Shown piece after piece: positions 1-8,560 of a stretch of DNA of 64,000 bases (position 1 is its first letter; each line of letters begins with the position of its first letter). Both the position numbers and the translations under genes were made by a program. A model generated the notes under the pieces. The model was not told the origin of the DNA, searched no databases, and was given only the letters and a program-made list of their open reading frames with translations. The DNA is from an uncultured virus (IMG/VR IMGVR_UViG_3300021364_000014). Taxonomy: Duplodnaviria > Heunggongvirae > Uroviricota > Caudoviricetes. The stretch lies in the IMG/VR virus record IMGVR_UViG_3300021364_000014. One strand, 5' to 3'.

Positions 1-137
1 TGCCACTCAGAATAGTTTTTTGTAGGCAAATACAGCGTAGGGTTGAAAGGAACCCTAACGCTGTAGCGATTGCCATTCTCATAACCACGTACAAGCAGAC
101 GGTTGCCTGCTTGCTCAACACTAGTGTAAAACTTCAT
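1..137 (-). CDS. g43: DNA polymerase B (T4 gp43), N-terminal fragment; runs off the window
   Basis: Manual translation MKFYTSVEQAGNRLLVRGYENGNRYSVRVPFNPTLYLP matches T4-like polymerase N-termini. ATGA overlap with the upstream ORF; follows regA/hsp20. Confidence 0.9.
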   Translation of the reverse strand, partial: MKFYTSVEQAGNRLLVRGYENGNRYSVRVPFNPTLYLPTKNYSEW

Positions 138-397
138 TCAAGGCATTCAATATAACGAGCAAGCAGTTGCTTGCTTGGATTGGTCACAACAGTCAAGTCC
201 GAAGACCTGATATTAAACTCACGCTCAGCAGCATGTGGTGCCCATGGAGTGATCTGACCATCACAGTCTACAACATAAGGCTCTACCATCCAGACATCGG
301 GGTCACCTGGCAAGGTGTCCCCTTCAACTGGTTCTACTTGAGCAATGATCCACTCATTCTGCAGTTTGATCAGGTTCGACGACACGTCCATTTTCAT
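134..397 (-). CDS. Conserved cyanophage small protein, possible Sm-like fold
   Basis: 87 aa; shares a KL..E.IIA ... PW.P pattern with the two adjacent ORFs. Confidence 0.6.
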   Translation of the reverse strand: MKMDVSSNLIKLQNEWIIAQVEPVEGDTLPGDPDVWMVEPYVVDCDGQITPWAPHAAEREFNIRSSDLTVVTNPSKQLLARYIECLE

Positions 398-758
398 CTA
401 CCTCAAAGAAAATTTGGTCTTCAGTTAGTCCAATCTCAGACAATCTCTTTACAAAATTATCCAGAATATTATTATCAGGATAAACCACACTGATAATATG
501 TTCTCCACTGATACGATGTTCTTCAACAGGAGAGAAAGGACACCAACGAGAATAGTTGATAGGAATAGTACCATCTTCATTGAGAGTACCAAGATCCAAA
601 GTATAAGGATACACCAAACGATATCCCATTACTTTAGCCGCTTCATCTTCTGTTCGAATTTCACCAAAGATACAGAGGACTCTCTCACTAGTAGTAAGAG
701 TTACAATACGAATATTGTGATTAGTCTTCAGTTGTTGTTGCGTCTGTTCTTCCGTCAT
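354..758 (-). CDS. Conserved cyanophage protein, possible Sm-like fold
   Basis: 134 aa; IRIVTLTTSERVLC...RWCPFS, paralogous to its neighbours. Confidence 0.65.
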   Translation of the reverse strand: MTEEQTQQQLKTNHNIRIVTLTTSERVLCIFGEIRTEDEAAKVMGYRLVYPYTLDLGTLNEDGTIPINYSRWCPFSPVEEHRISGEHIISVVYPDNNILDNFVKRLSEIGLTEDQIFFEVDENGRVVEPDQTAE

Positions 759-1083
759 TTTCTAGTTCCTTTTTCTCCGTGATTTTTTGTTCGTATGCAT
801 TTTGCAGTCCTGGTTCAGGAGTGCTGATTGTCATGACACAATCATAGGGAATCTTAAACTGCCAGTCAGGCGTGTAAGGATTCCATTTACTAAACCTTAC
901 TTGGTATTCCATACCATGTTGTTCAGTCAGATACTGTGGTGTCTGACCATCCAGGTTTAGGATATAAGGATCTTCCATCAAGAGACAGATACCTCGTTTG
1001 TTATCTCCTTCTTCATCGAAGATTTCTTTCAACTCAGTGATAATACGATCACCAGTTTTTAGAGTGACAACTGATACTGACAT
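721..1083 (-). CDS. Conserved cyanophage protein, possible Sm-like fold
   Basis: 120 aa; VVTLKTGDRIIT...FSKWNPYT. Confidence 0.65.
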   Translation of the reverse strand: MSVSVVTLKTGDRIITELKEIFDEEGDNKRGICLLMEDPYILNLDGQTPQYLTEQHGMEYQVRFSKWNPYTPDWQFKIPYDCVMTISTPEPGLQNAYEQKITEKKELENDGRTDATTTED

Positions 1084-1108
1084 AGTTTACCATCGATTGT
1101 TTTGCTTG

Positions 1109-1684
1109 TCAAAATAAGTTTCCATAGGATTTGTTTCTAGACATAATGTTGAAGGATATAGAAACTTTGTGGTCTCCAAACGACACAACAGTATGCGGCA
1201 GAGAAGATGGAAAAATAATTACTTCTCCTTCTACGTTACCAGAAGTTTCGTAGTTCTGTTGGAACAATTGATGTCCAAACTGAGAAAACACTGTGCCGTT
1301 TGTACCCTCTAAATGCAGAAGGTAGATCCCAGAAAATGTAGATGACGGATGTGTGTGAGTCTTATGCCAACACTGATCGTCCCTGTATACATTATACCAG
1401 ATGGACTGAAGTTTTGACTCTTCAGGTTTATGTAGGATACTCAAATTGGGGTCCTCTAGCATTTCGCTAAAGGGACCCCAAATAATATCATTATAATCTT
1501 GTTCTGTCAAGTCAACAAGAATATTATCTTCCTCAAAATAATTTGTAATAGAATCTCTATAAACACCAGAGTATGTAATACTCTTTTCATTCTCATATAT
1601 TTGAGGAAGAAGTCTACTCTTCAATTGTTCATGGTTTCTAACTTTTGTCCAGAAGATAAAGTTAGAAGGAAAATTATATAACAT
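1109..1684 (-). CDS. 2OG-Fe(II) oxygenase (HxH type)
   Basis: HTHP...SGIYLL...IIFPSSLPHTV...KVSISFN. Confidence 0.8.
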   Translation of the reverse strand: MLYNFPSNFIFWTKVRNHEQLKSRLLPQIYENEKSITYSGVYRDSITNYFEEDNILVDLTEQDYNDIIWGPFSEMLEDPNLSILHKPEESKLQSIWYNVYRDDQCWHKTHTHPSSTFSGIYLLHLEGTNGTVFSQFGHQLFQQNYETSGNVEGEVIIFPSSLPHTVVSFGDHKVSISFNIMSRNKSYGNLF

Positions 1685-1687
1685 AAA

Positions 1688-2092
1688 CTAGAACCATTTT
1701 TTTCTTCTCTGTTTCTCTGGTAGTTCTTTTCTTAGCGTAACAGTAAGTAGACCATCAATAAACTCTACGTTCTCAACTTCTACATCATCTGCCATCTGCC
1801 AGTTCTTAGAGAATGTCTTGTAGGAAATTCCTCTATGTGCATAGTCTCGTTCTTTATCTTCACGAGACTTGCGAGCAGAGACTGTCAGAACATTTCGTTC
1901 TGTCTCCACTTCGATATCTCCTGCTGAAAATCCTGCAAGAGCGATCTCCAATATTGTTCTACCATCAGATCCATTAATGACATTGAAAGGAGGATAACTC
2001 TTTCCTGCTCCCGCAAGAGCTTCAAGTCTACTGAATGTTTCATCGAACCCGATTGAATGTGGTGTGTATGTTTCCCAATTGAATGTAACCAT
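1688..2092 (-). CDS. hsp20: Small heat shock protein (Hsp20/IbpA family)
   Basis: YPPFNV, EIALAGF, HRGIS, DGLLTVTL alpha-crystallin motifs. Confidence 0.95.
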   Translation of the reverse strand: MVTFNWETYTPHSIGFDETFSRLEALAGAGKSYPPFNVINGSDGRTILEIALAGFSAGDIEVETERNVLTVSARKSREDKERDYAHRGISYKTFSKNWQMADDVEVENVEFIDGLLTVTLRKELPEKQRRKKWF

Positions 2093-2093
2093 T

Positions 2094-2138
2094 GTCCTTA
2101 AAAAGCGACGTTTGCATGTGACCCCAAAGGCATCACAT
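2094..2138 (-). promoter_or_regulatory. Structured hsp20 leader, ROSE-like thermometer candidate
   Basis: Minus strand GUCGCUU-UUU-AAGGAC pairs the SD with a bulged G; a second hairpin AUGUGA...UCACAU lies upstream. Confidence 0.55.
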
Positions 2139-2160
2139 TAATAGTTATAACCGAACAAGA

Positions 2161-2188
2161 AAAATGGGAATTCGTGAAAACCCCCATC
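2161..2188 (-). terminator. Intrinsic terminator after regA
   Basis: ATGGGGGTTT-TCAC-GAATTCCCAT stem (with G-U pairs) followed by TTTT. Confidence 0.55.
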
Positions 2189-2199
2189 ACCATTACGGT

Positions 2200-2628
2200 T
2201 TACTCAACTTCTTGCTTCTTCCGACCAATGTTGTACTTGCTTTCTAAGGTCCACTCACCTTTCTCTTTGAAAGAAAGAACCTTAATCTGATTGAGGGGTG
2301 CAAGATCAGCAATCTTTTCTTGACTCTCGCCAGAGATTGATACCAGTCCCCAATCAACTAGAAGTTGTACGATACGATTTCTACGCTGTACATCATTCAA
2401 AGAAAGATTTGTTTTCTTGCCGTCTAAAGCAAACAATTCTTTGAAGTGTACAATATAATACTTGCCTTGTTTGTGTAGGATGTGACAGGACTGATAGATC
2501 TTCTTTTCTTTGCGCGATGCAACACCAATCCTAGTCAGTGTTTCTCTCACTTTCAAAAAGTCATCTGGTTCATTGAGAACCACTTGTACCATGTCAGCGG
2601 ATTTCCATTGCAATTCAGTTTCGCTCAT
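2200..2628 (-). CDS. regA: Translational repressor RegA
   Basis: PDDFLKVRETLTRIGVAS, LYQ/IYQSCHILHKQGKYYIVHFKELFALDG. Confidence 0.97.
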   Translation of the reverse strand: MSETELQWKSADMVQVVLNEPDDFLKVRETLTRIGVASRKEKKIYQSCHILHKQGKYYIVHFKELFALDGKKTNLSLNDVQRRNRIVQLLVDWGLVSISGESQEKIADLAPLNQIKVLSFKEKGEWTLESKYNIGRKKQEVE

Positions 2629-3010
2629 TCTTACCACCTTTGCTCAATGCTTTTTTTATATGATCTAATTGATCCTTGGTGAGAATCCTGAGCGCCTGCA
2701 GAGCTTTATCGTCATTATAACCATAATACTCTTTGACTAAATCAAGATAATCAATAGAATCTTTACGTGCCCAAGGAGAGAAACGCTTCCTTGGTTTCAC
2801 ACTATTTATAAAAAAGTCATATTGCATCTTCTTGGGAAGATGTGGATTCTTGTTCATCTCATTGGCAAACAAGATAGTGTCAGTGAAAGAACTGAGGCAC
2901 CTATTAATAATATAAGGAGGATACCCTCGCTCAGCATCAGTATCATCATCTAGAATATTCTTTTTAGATTGGTTGATCGAGTACAGGTAGTCTTTTAGTT
3001 GGTACGTCAT
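2615..3010 (-). CDS. g62: Clamp loader small subunit gp62
   Basis: YLYSINQSK, YPPYIINRCLS, KRFSPW, VKEYYGY; lies just before regA. Confidence 0.93.
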   Translation of the reverse strand: MTYQLKDYLYSINQSKKNILDDDTDAERGYPPYIINRCLSSFTDTILFANEMNKNPHLPKKMQYDFFINSVKPRKRFSPWARKDSIDYLDLVKEYYGYNDDKALQALRILTKDQLDHIKKALSKGGKNERN

Positions 3011-3158
3011 TCCAGTGTCTAATCACTCCACTAATAATAAAAAGGTTGGTAGCCAGGTAAGAAATAAAAATAAGGGTGCGTATGCCAGCAATAATATCTG
3101 CTTCTCTATCCGTTCGTCCATGCTTCTCCCCTAACGCTTTCGCCCAAATACGCCACAT
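2964..3158 (-). CDS. Hypothetical small membrane protein
   Basis: 64 aa; MWRIWAKALGEK..., with one hydrophobic segment. Confidence 0.6.
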   Translation of the reverse strand: MWRIWAKALGEKHGRTDREADIIAGIRTLIFISYLATNLFIISGVIRHWNDVPTKRLPVLDQPI

Positions 3159-3159
3159 T

Positions 3160-3300
3160 CTACTTCGCCAAATTCACCGTAATAACTGTTGCTTTGGGGT
3201 TTCTTGCCAGAGCAGTTTCTCTAGCATCTTTGTAATTTGCTGCTTCTACGATCTCAGAGAAGATCCTTCCAGCAACGTAGAGTTTGACTTCACATTTCAT
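3160..3300 (-). CDS. Hypothetical 46-aa protein (not in ORF track)
   Basis: Manual translation MKCEVKLYVAGRIFSEIVEAANYKDARETALARNPKATVITVNLAK fills the gap after dam. Confidence 0.65.
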   Translation of the reverse strand: MKCEVKLYVAGRIFSEIVEAANYKDARETALARNPKATVITVNLAK

Positions 3301-4153
3301 AGTTAGTAAGAACGAGTTCCTTGCGGTTTGCTTGATCAGTATTATAGGACCCTACGGATCGCATTGTGTAGGTGTGTGCAAATTCTGCTGCTGTCCACCC
3401 CTTAAACCTCTCACGAATGAGTTGAGACGAGTTATAAGATATACATTGAGGACCAACAAACCTATCGCACTTGACAGCAAAATAGTCGTGGTTGAACCCG
3501 CTATGCATATTCCCCCGCTTTCCATATAGATTAGATCCAATTTCATAGGGGGGATCAAGGTAGGTGAAGACTGACTTCTCATCGCTAAGGAGGTATTCAT
3601 AAGACTTGTTAGTAATTTTCCAATTGCCAATTAGTTTTTGATATTCACGGAGTCGTTCGATACCTGCAAGGGAGAAGTTGGAATCACTTGCTTGCTTGGA
3701 GAAGGAACTAGATTCAGTAAGACCTGAGAAAGAACACTTATTGACAACATAGAAAGAAACAGCACGCCAAATATTCTCATTGTATGGAGGGAACTTATCT
3801 GTTGTTGCAGATCCTGAGAGATACTCTTTAGCATCCAAGAAAAGTTTTTTTGCGGAAGCGGGGTCAGGGTGCCTTTGTTTAAGTTGGATGAGTATGTCCG
3901 CAATTTCATTACCGTGGTCCTGTAGTTCTCTCCAGAAGTTATAGAGTGGTTCATAAAGATCATTGACCCAGATGTTCAAATGAGGATACCTTTTAGTAAC
4001 CTCAAGTGCCACAGAACCACCACCAAGAAAAGGTTCATGGTAGTGAGTGTAGTCTTTCAGATCAGGAAAATACTGAAAGAGTTTACTCAGGGCACGACTC
4101 TTCCCGCCTGGGTAGCGCAATGGTGTTTTCAGGGATTTCAAAGTCTTTGTCAT
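3290..4153 (-). CDS. dam: DNA adenine methyltransferase (Dam/D12 class)
   Basis: PLRYPGGKS, EPFLGGGSV, YLDPPY. Confidence 0.93.
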   Translation of the reverse strand: MTKTLKSLKTPLRYPGGKSRALSKLFQYFPDLKDYTHYHEPFLGGGSVALEVTKRYPHLNIWVNDLYEPLYNFWRELQDHGNEIADILIQLKQRHPDPASAKKLFLDAKEYLSGSATTDKFPPYNENIWRAVSFYVVNKCSFSGLTESSSFSKQASDSNFSLAGIERLREYQKLIGNWKITNKSYEYLLSDEKSVFTYLDPPYEIGSNLYGKRGNMHSGFNHDYFAVKCDRFVGPQCISYNSSQLIRERFKGWTAAEFAHTYTMRSVGSYNTDQANRKELVLTNYEM

Positions 4154-4328
4154 GATATTTTAGGTATTCCCAAAAGGTCAGTTTCATTTCCTTGTGCGTC
4201 ATGCCACAGTGAGCGGCAGCAGCAGGTAGGTTCATTGTAGCACGAAACAGTGCTTCATTTGCTTCTGCTACGTTTTCTGGTGTTGTTTTCACGTATCCAC
4301 TTGTAGTGTCTTTCAGGTTCTTTTTCAA
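4083..4328 (-). CDS. Hypothetical protein (true start possibly GTG near 4292)
   Basis: Co-oriented ORF, KTTPENVAEANEALFRATMNLPAAAAHCGMT. Confidence 0.55.
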   Translation of the reverse strand: MKKNLKDTTSGYVKTTPENVAEANEALFRATMNLPAAAAHCGMTHKEMKLTFWEYLKYHDKDFEIPENTIALPRREESCPE

Positions 4329-4395
4329 GGCGTTCTAACATCTCCTCCATGTAAATGAATTTAGGTTCTTTCTCAATGAATTTGAGCAGTGTCAT
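4255..4395 (-). CDS. Hypothetical 46-aa protein (not in ORF track)
   Basis: MTLLKFIEKEPKFIYMEEMLERLEKEPERHYKWIRENNTRKRSRSK; ATGA overlap with the g44 stop. Confidence 0.5.
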   Translation of the reverse strand: MTLLKFIEKEPKFIYMEEMLERLEKEPERHYKWIRENNTRKRSRSK

Positions 4396-5336
4396 TTGAA
4401 TTCACAACTCATCATGATCTCAGTCAAGCAGGCAAGCATGTTGACTTCCTGGTCTGGGACAATTTGAATGTCCCTCATGTATTTGGCAATGATAAGAACT
4501 GCCTCAGGAATAGAAGCAGGTTTCATGACACCATAGATGCTGTCATAGATCTTACGCATCACCATGCTGGGGTCATTGTCCATGTGTTGGACAACCCAGT
4601 TCTTTACATTCGTGAACTCTTTCTTCTTCAGGGACGCAAGTAGTGTATCCAAATTAACATCAGCAACATCCACAAGGATAGCAGACGTAATAGCACCAGT
4701 AGCGGCATACCGCTGGCACTCGTTAATAAGCCTACGCCAATCAGGATAATACCGACGGACAAGCTTAGCAAGAACCTTGTCCTCATACTGAACTTGTTCA
4801 TGGACGAGAATAGATTTTAGACGAGTGAAGAATTCACCTTGCAACTGAGTTGCTTGCTCAGGTTTGATCCTGAAATCAACAACCGTGCAACGTGAGTGCA
4901 GCGGTTCAATGATTTTGTTGATGAAGTTGCAGGTGAAGATGAAACGACAGTTGCCATGAAACTCCTCCACAGCGGTCCTGAGAGACAGCTGCACGTCGTT
5001 AGTGGTGTTATCTGCCTCATCAATGATGACGACCTTGTGGGACGCCCCAGAGGTCAGAGAGATGGTTGTGGCAAACTGCCTCACACGGTTCCTCACAGTG
5101 TCTAGGAAGCGTCCCTCATCAGATCCATTGATCACGATGTAAGAGGCACCAATCTCCTCACACAGCGCCTTAGCGATGGTAGTCTTGCCCACACCTGCGG
5201 TGCCACTCAGCAGCAGGTTAGGCAGTTCGCCCTGGTTGACGAAACCCCGAAACACCTCTTTGATGCTATCAGGCAGAATACAATCTTCGACAATGTTTGG
5301 GCGATACTTCTCAACCCAAAGAAACTCTTTGCTCAT
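4392..5336 (-). CDS. g44: Clamp loader AAA+ subunit gp44
   Basis: LWVEKYRP, GTAGVGKT, IIDEAD, PLHSRC. Confidence 0.97.
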   Translation of the reverse strand: MSKEFLWVEKYRPNIVEDCILPDSIKEVFRGFVNQGELPNLLLSGTAGVGKTTIAKALCEEIGASYIVINGSDEGRFLDTVRNRVRQFATTISLTSGASHKVVIIDEADNTTNDVQLSLRTAVEEFHGNCRFIFTCNFINKIIEPLHSRCTVVDFRIKPEQATQLQGEFFTRLKSILVHEQVQYEDKVLAKLVRRYYPDWRRLINECQRYAATGAITSAILVDVADVNLDTLLASLKKKEFTNVKNWVVQHMDNDPSMVMRKIYDSIYGVMKPASIPEAVLIIAKYMRDIQIVPDQEVNMLACLTEIMMSCEFK

Positions 5337-5925
5337 TATGTAATTGAAGATTAAAGGAAAACGTCAGTCGCATACTAGCATTGGATTGGATGTCAACGCA
5401 ATGCTTCAGGTATGGTGGGAATAAAATTACATCACCGTCAGACAAATTTGGTTGTAAACTGTCGGCAAAGTATTCCCTAAATTCAGATCCATTGTATGGA
5501 AACTGATGGACTCTATTATAAGAGTCTGGTCTAAAGAATGTAGTTGGGGTGAATCCTTTGTTGTAATAGATGCCACACCAGTAAGGAGTTAGAGACATAC
5601 ATCCAGTAAGATGTGTATGTGGTTCTTGTCCTTGATTATCGTGATATGAGTTATACCAGAAATCTACAAAATCAAACTTATCTGGTATGCCATGCATATA
5701 GAAAAGTTTTTTGATCTGATCTTTTAGATCTCTTATCATACTGTCCCTAACAGAAGAAGGAACAAGAAGATCATTGTCTGGTATAACAGGAAACGTAGAG
5801 TTGACTGGAGTAGTCCACCCTTTAGGACGACTGTCTTGTTTTTCTATGTCTGGAAACTGATAAGAAGAATGCTTATCAAACCTAAAAGTAAATATTGGGA
5901 CATAGAAAACTTTATGCAGTCTCAT
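5311..5925 (-). CDS. 2OG-Fe(II) oxygenase (HxH type)
   Basis: QEPHTH...GDVILFPPYLKHCV...RLTFSFN. Confidence 0.8.
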   Translation of the reverse strand: MRLHKVFYVPIFTFRFDKHSSYQFPDIEKQDSRPKGWTTPVNSTFPVIPDNDLLVPSSVRDSMIRDLKDQIKKLFYMHGIPDKFDFVDFWYNSYHDNQGQEPHTHLTGCMSLTPYWCGIYYNKGFTPTTFFRPDSYNRVHQFPYNGSEFREYFADSLQPNLSDGDVILFPPYLKHCVDIQSNASMRLTFSFNLQLHNEQRVSLG

Positions 5926-6257
5926 TCCAAAGGTCTCGTAAACGATTTACTGACAATGCTTTTTGCATCAAGCATCATCTTCATATATTTTACACCCTCT
6001 TTGGGTTTCGTGTGATCTCCACAAGTGAAAATGTCGCACACTGCCATGCCCAACTCTGGCCAAGTGTGAATGCTGATATGACTTTCAGCGAGCATTGCCA
6101 CACAAGTCAAACCCTGAGGTTCAAACTTATGTGAGTTGAGTGCCAATAAAGTTGATTTACATTTGACTGATGCCTGGTAAACAACATCCCTTACAAACTG
6201 CTCGTCATCTAAGAACGATTTGTTACACTCCTTGAGTGTAAAAAGGATGTGTCTCAT
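5922..6257 (-). CDS. speD: S-adenosylmethionine decarboxylase proenzyme
   Basis: HKFEPQG, LAESHISIHTWPE (pyruvoyl cleavage site), DIFTCG. Confidence 0.95.
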   Translation of the reverse strand: MRHILFTLKECNKSFLDDEQFVRDVVYQASVKCKSTLLALNSHKFEPQGLTCVAMLAESHISIHTWPELGMAVCDIFTCGDHTKPKEGVKYMKMMLDAKSIVSKSFTRPLE

Positions 6258-6928
6258 CAGGGTTCAAGGGCAATGTAATAAGTAAGGTCAACATTCTGAT
6301 TAGTCCATTCAGAAATTAGGTGCTTGGAGACTTTGACATTGTAGTCGCCAGGGAGCAAACGGATGTTCTCAATTTTAAGATCAAGAGAATAGGTGCCAGT
6401 AGTGCAACCTGCCACGGTGAGATCGTAAGTATTGCTGGTATCATTCTCTTTATCGCGGAGGATGAGTTTGATTTCGTTAGAACCTTCTTCAGATTGGAAG
6501 GTCAGATCAGGCAGACTATAAACAGCAGATGCTTTTTGCAATGCAATCAAATCATCTCCAGTCAGATTGAACTGGAGATCAGCACCAGGAAACTTTACGT
6601 TCTTTTCTGGAGCACTCTTCAGCGTGATCTCAGGATCCGAGAAATAGTATTTTGCAGAAGTGCGCCCCCCACGAATGCTAACGAAATCGTTAGAGGTGAA
6701 CTCGAGCTGAGGATCGTTAAACAGAGAGATACCGCTAAGAAACTGACTGAGATCATAAATTGCGAAGTCAGCAGGAAATACTTCCTCGCCAGTAAACTTT
6801 GCGAGAATGTTCTCTGCGTTAGAGATGGTCCGTACAGTGCTTCCCTTGCGGAAGACAATAGAGGAGTTGATTGTGCTGAAGTTCTTGAGGACATCTAGGG
6901 TCTTTTTAGAAAGGATAACTTTGCTCAT
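6257..6928 (-). CDS. g45: Sliding clamp gp45
   Basis: LKNFSTINSSI, FAIYDLSQFL, YYIALE. Confidence 0.96.
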   Translation of the reverse strand: MSKVILSKKTLDVLKNFSTINSSIVFRKGSTVRTISNAENILAKFTGEEVFPADFAIYDLSQFLSGISLFNDPQLEFTSNDFVSIRGGRTSAKYYFSDPEITLKSAPEKNVKFPGADLQFNLTGDDLIALQKASAVYSLPDLTFQSEEGSNEIKLILRDKENDTSNTYDLTVAGCTTGTYSLDLKIENIRLLPGDYNVKVSKHLISEWTNQNVDLTYYIALEP

Positions 6929-7212
6929 TGGGGGTAAGTTTCACGGGTAGCGTTTTTGTCATTGAAGTGAAGAAGGAGAAGACCGTAGTGAAGGATCTTG
7001 ATAATATCACGACGGGCACAACCCTTCTTGTCATAGCGGGAAGCATACTTTAGGATGTTGCTTCGGCAGAATGCCTCAGCATCACCACATGCTTCAATCA
7101 AGTCTAACGTTTGAATGCTGTCATTACCAGCAGAGTAGTGTTGTCCATAAGTTCCAGAAATGTAATCACGCAGCTCTGTCAACAGAGCATCTTCATTATA
7201 TTTGTTTGCCAT
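6925..7212 (-). CDS. Conserved phage protein (DUF3310-like)
   Basis: TYGQHYS, QTLDLIEA, FCRSNILKYASRYDKKG. Confidence 0.75.
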   Translation of the reverse strand: MANKYNEDALLTELRDYISGTYGQHYSAGNDSIQTLDLIEACGDAEAFCRSNILKYASRYDKKGCARRDIIKILHYGLLLLHFNDKNATRETYPQ

Positions 7213-7389
7213 TCACTTGTCCCAGATAAGTCGAATATTACTATGGTAGCATTCCTGAACGTTGCCGTCAAGATCTTTGACAAACAACTTAAGACCCTCG
7301 CCACCTAGGATCTTAACAGTCTTGCCACTATCAAGAGTGGCAAGATGATCCACATAACCGTGGAATTTATCAGAACGGAGCTGCGGCAT
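7213..7389 (-). CDS. Hypothetical protein
   Basis: MPQLRSDKFHGYVDHLATL...; co-oriented and fills the gap. Confidence 0.55.
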   Translation of the reverse strand: MPQLRSDKFHGYVDHLATLDSGKTVKILGGEGLKLFVKDLDGNVQECYHSNIRLIWDK

Positions 7390-8482
7390 CTTCTTCCTCC
7401 TGTTGAACGTCAGCATCAATTTTATCATAGAGTTCGATGAAAGATTGCTTGGTTTCGTCATCAAAACGATTGACGCAAACCTTGATCGCCTTCATACGAT
7501 CCTGCCAGATAGCGAATGCTCGCATGATGTGAACCAGACGGCGGGTGGAAATCACTTCATCAATACCACCGTCTTTGAAAGTTTTGCGGATAATGTCTGC
7601 CCAGTTGGCAAGGTTCTCGCAGAAGTCATGGTCAGCAACAGCAAGAGAGGCAGCAACCTTCTTCAGGATCTTGCTCTCGATAGCAGGGGTGGGATACTCC
7701 TGCTCGAAGGTCAGGGCAAAACGCTCAAGGAATGCTTCGTTGAGAACATTGGTGCCGATGAAACGACCATCATCACTGCCCTTGCCCTTGGTGTTGGCAG
7801 TAGCAATCACATTGAAACCAGCAGCAGGTTGGATATACTTACCAATCTTCTTCAGGAAGATACCCTTACCTTCAAGGATAGATTGCAGACACAGGATCTT
7901 ATTGGATGCCAGGTCAACCTCGTCTAGAAGCAGCACAGCTCCACGTTGAAGAGCCTCCACGACGGGTCCATTGTGCCAGACAGTTTCGCCATTAACAAGA
8001 CGGAAACCACCAATAAGATCATCCTCGTCAGTCTCAATGGTAATGTTTACACGAATGAGATCTCTATTTAGAACAGCACATGCTTGCTCAACAGAGAAAG
8101 TTTTACCATTACCTGACAGACCAGTGATGAAAGTCGGGTAGAAGATGCCAGATTGGATGATCTTCTTCACATCAGAGAAGTTCCCGAACGGGACATAATT
8201 GTCATCCTTGCTAGGAACAAGGTTCTGATCTTCCCGATCGGTAATAGCAACAGCAGGAGCAGCAGCAGGTGCTTGGTAAGTCTGCTCCAGTTTCTCTTGA
8301 ACAGTCAGGTTCCAAGTGCCACGGCGGACATAGAAATCACGCAGACGCTTGACAGCAGTAGCATAGGTCACTCCAAAATTATCAGCAGCAGAACGAACGT
8401 GATCAGCATTGATATCGTTACCATAGGTCTCGGACAGGTAAGAGGTGAGTTGGGAAGTGGTCAGGTCGGACTTGGCAGGCAT
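7370..8482 (-). CDS. cobS: CobS-like/MoxR AAA+ ATPase
   Basis: GLSGNGKT, LLLDEVD, TANTKGKG, NEAFLERF, ISTRRL. Confidence 0.9.
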   Translation of the reverse strand: MPAKSDLTTSQLTSYLSETYGNDINADHVRSAADNFGVTYATAVKRLRDFYVRRGTWNLTVQEKLEQTYQAPAAAPAVAITDREDQNLVPSKDDNYVPFGNFSDVKKIIQSGIFYPTFITGLSGNGKTFSVEQACAVLNRDLIRVNITIETDEDDLIGGFRLVNGETVWHNGPVVEALQRGAVLLLDEVDLASNKILCLQSILEGKGIFLKKIGKYIQPAAGFNVIATANTKGKGSDDGRFIGTNVLNEAFLERFALTFEQEYPTPAIESKILKKVAASLAVADHDFCENLANWADIIRKTFKDGGIDEVISTRRLVHIMRAFAIWQDRMKAIKVCVNRFDDETKQSFIELYDKIDADVQQEEEDAAAPF

Positions 8483-8505
8483 TGGTGTCTTGCGTTGATG
8501 TAGTA

Positions 8506-8560
8506 ATTATAGGGCAAGAGGGTGGTGGTGCCACCCCCTGGTGGACGGTTTGAGAACTGG
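8506..8560 (-). promoter_or_regulatory. Putative early promoter (upstream motif plus TATAAT) for cobS
   Basis: CCAGTTCTCAAACCGTCCAC at 8541-8560, 29 nt, TATAAT at 8506-8511; the spacer contains a GC hairpin. Confidence 0.6.

Noticed and set aside
2803..2810. Perfect TATAAATA inside g62
   Set aside because: About 175 nt from the regA start within AT-rich coding sequence; may be chance
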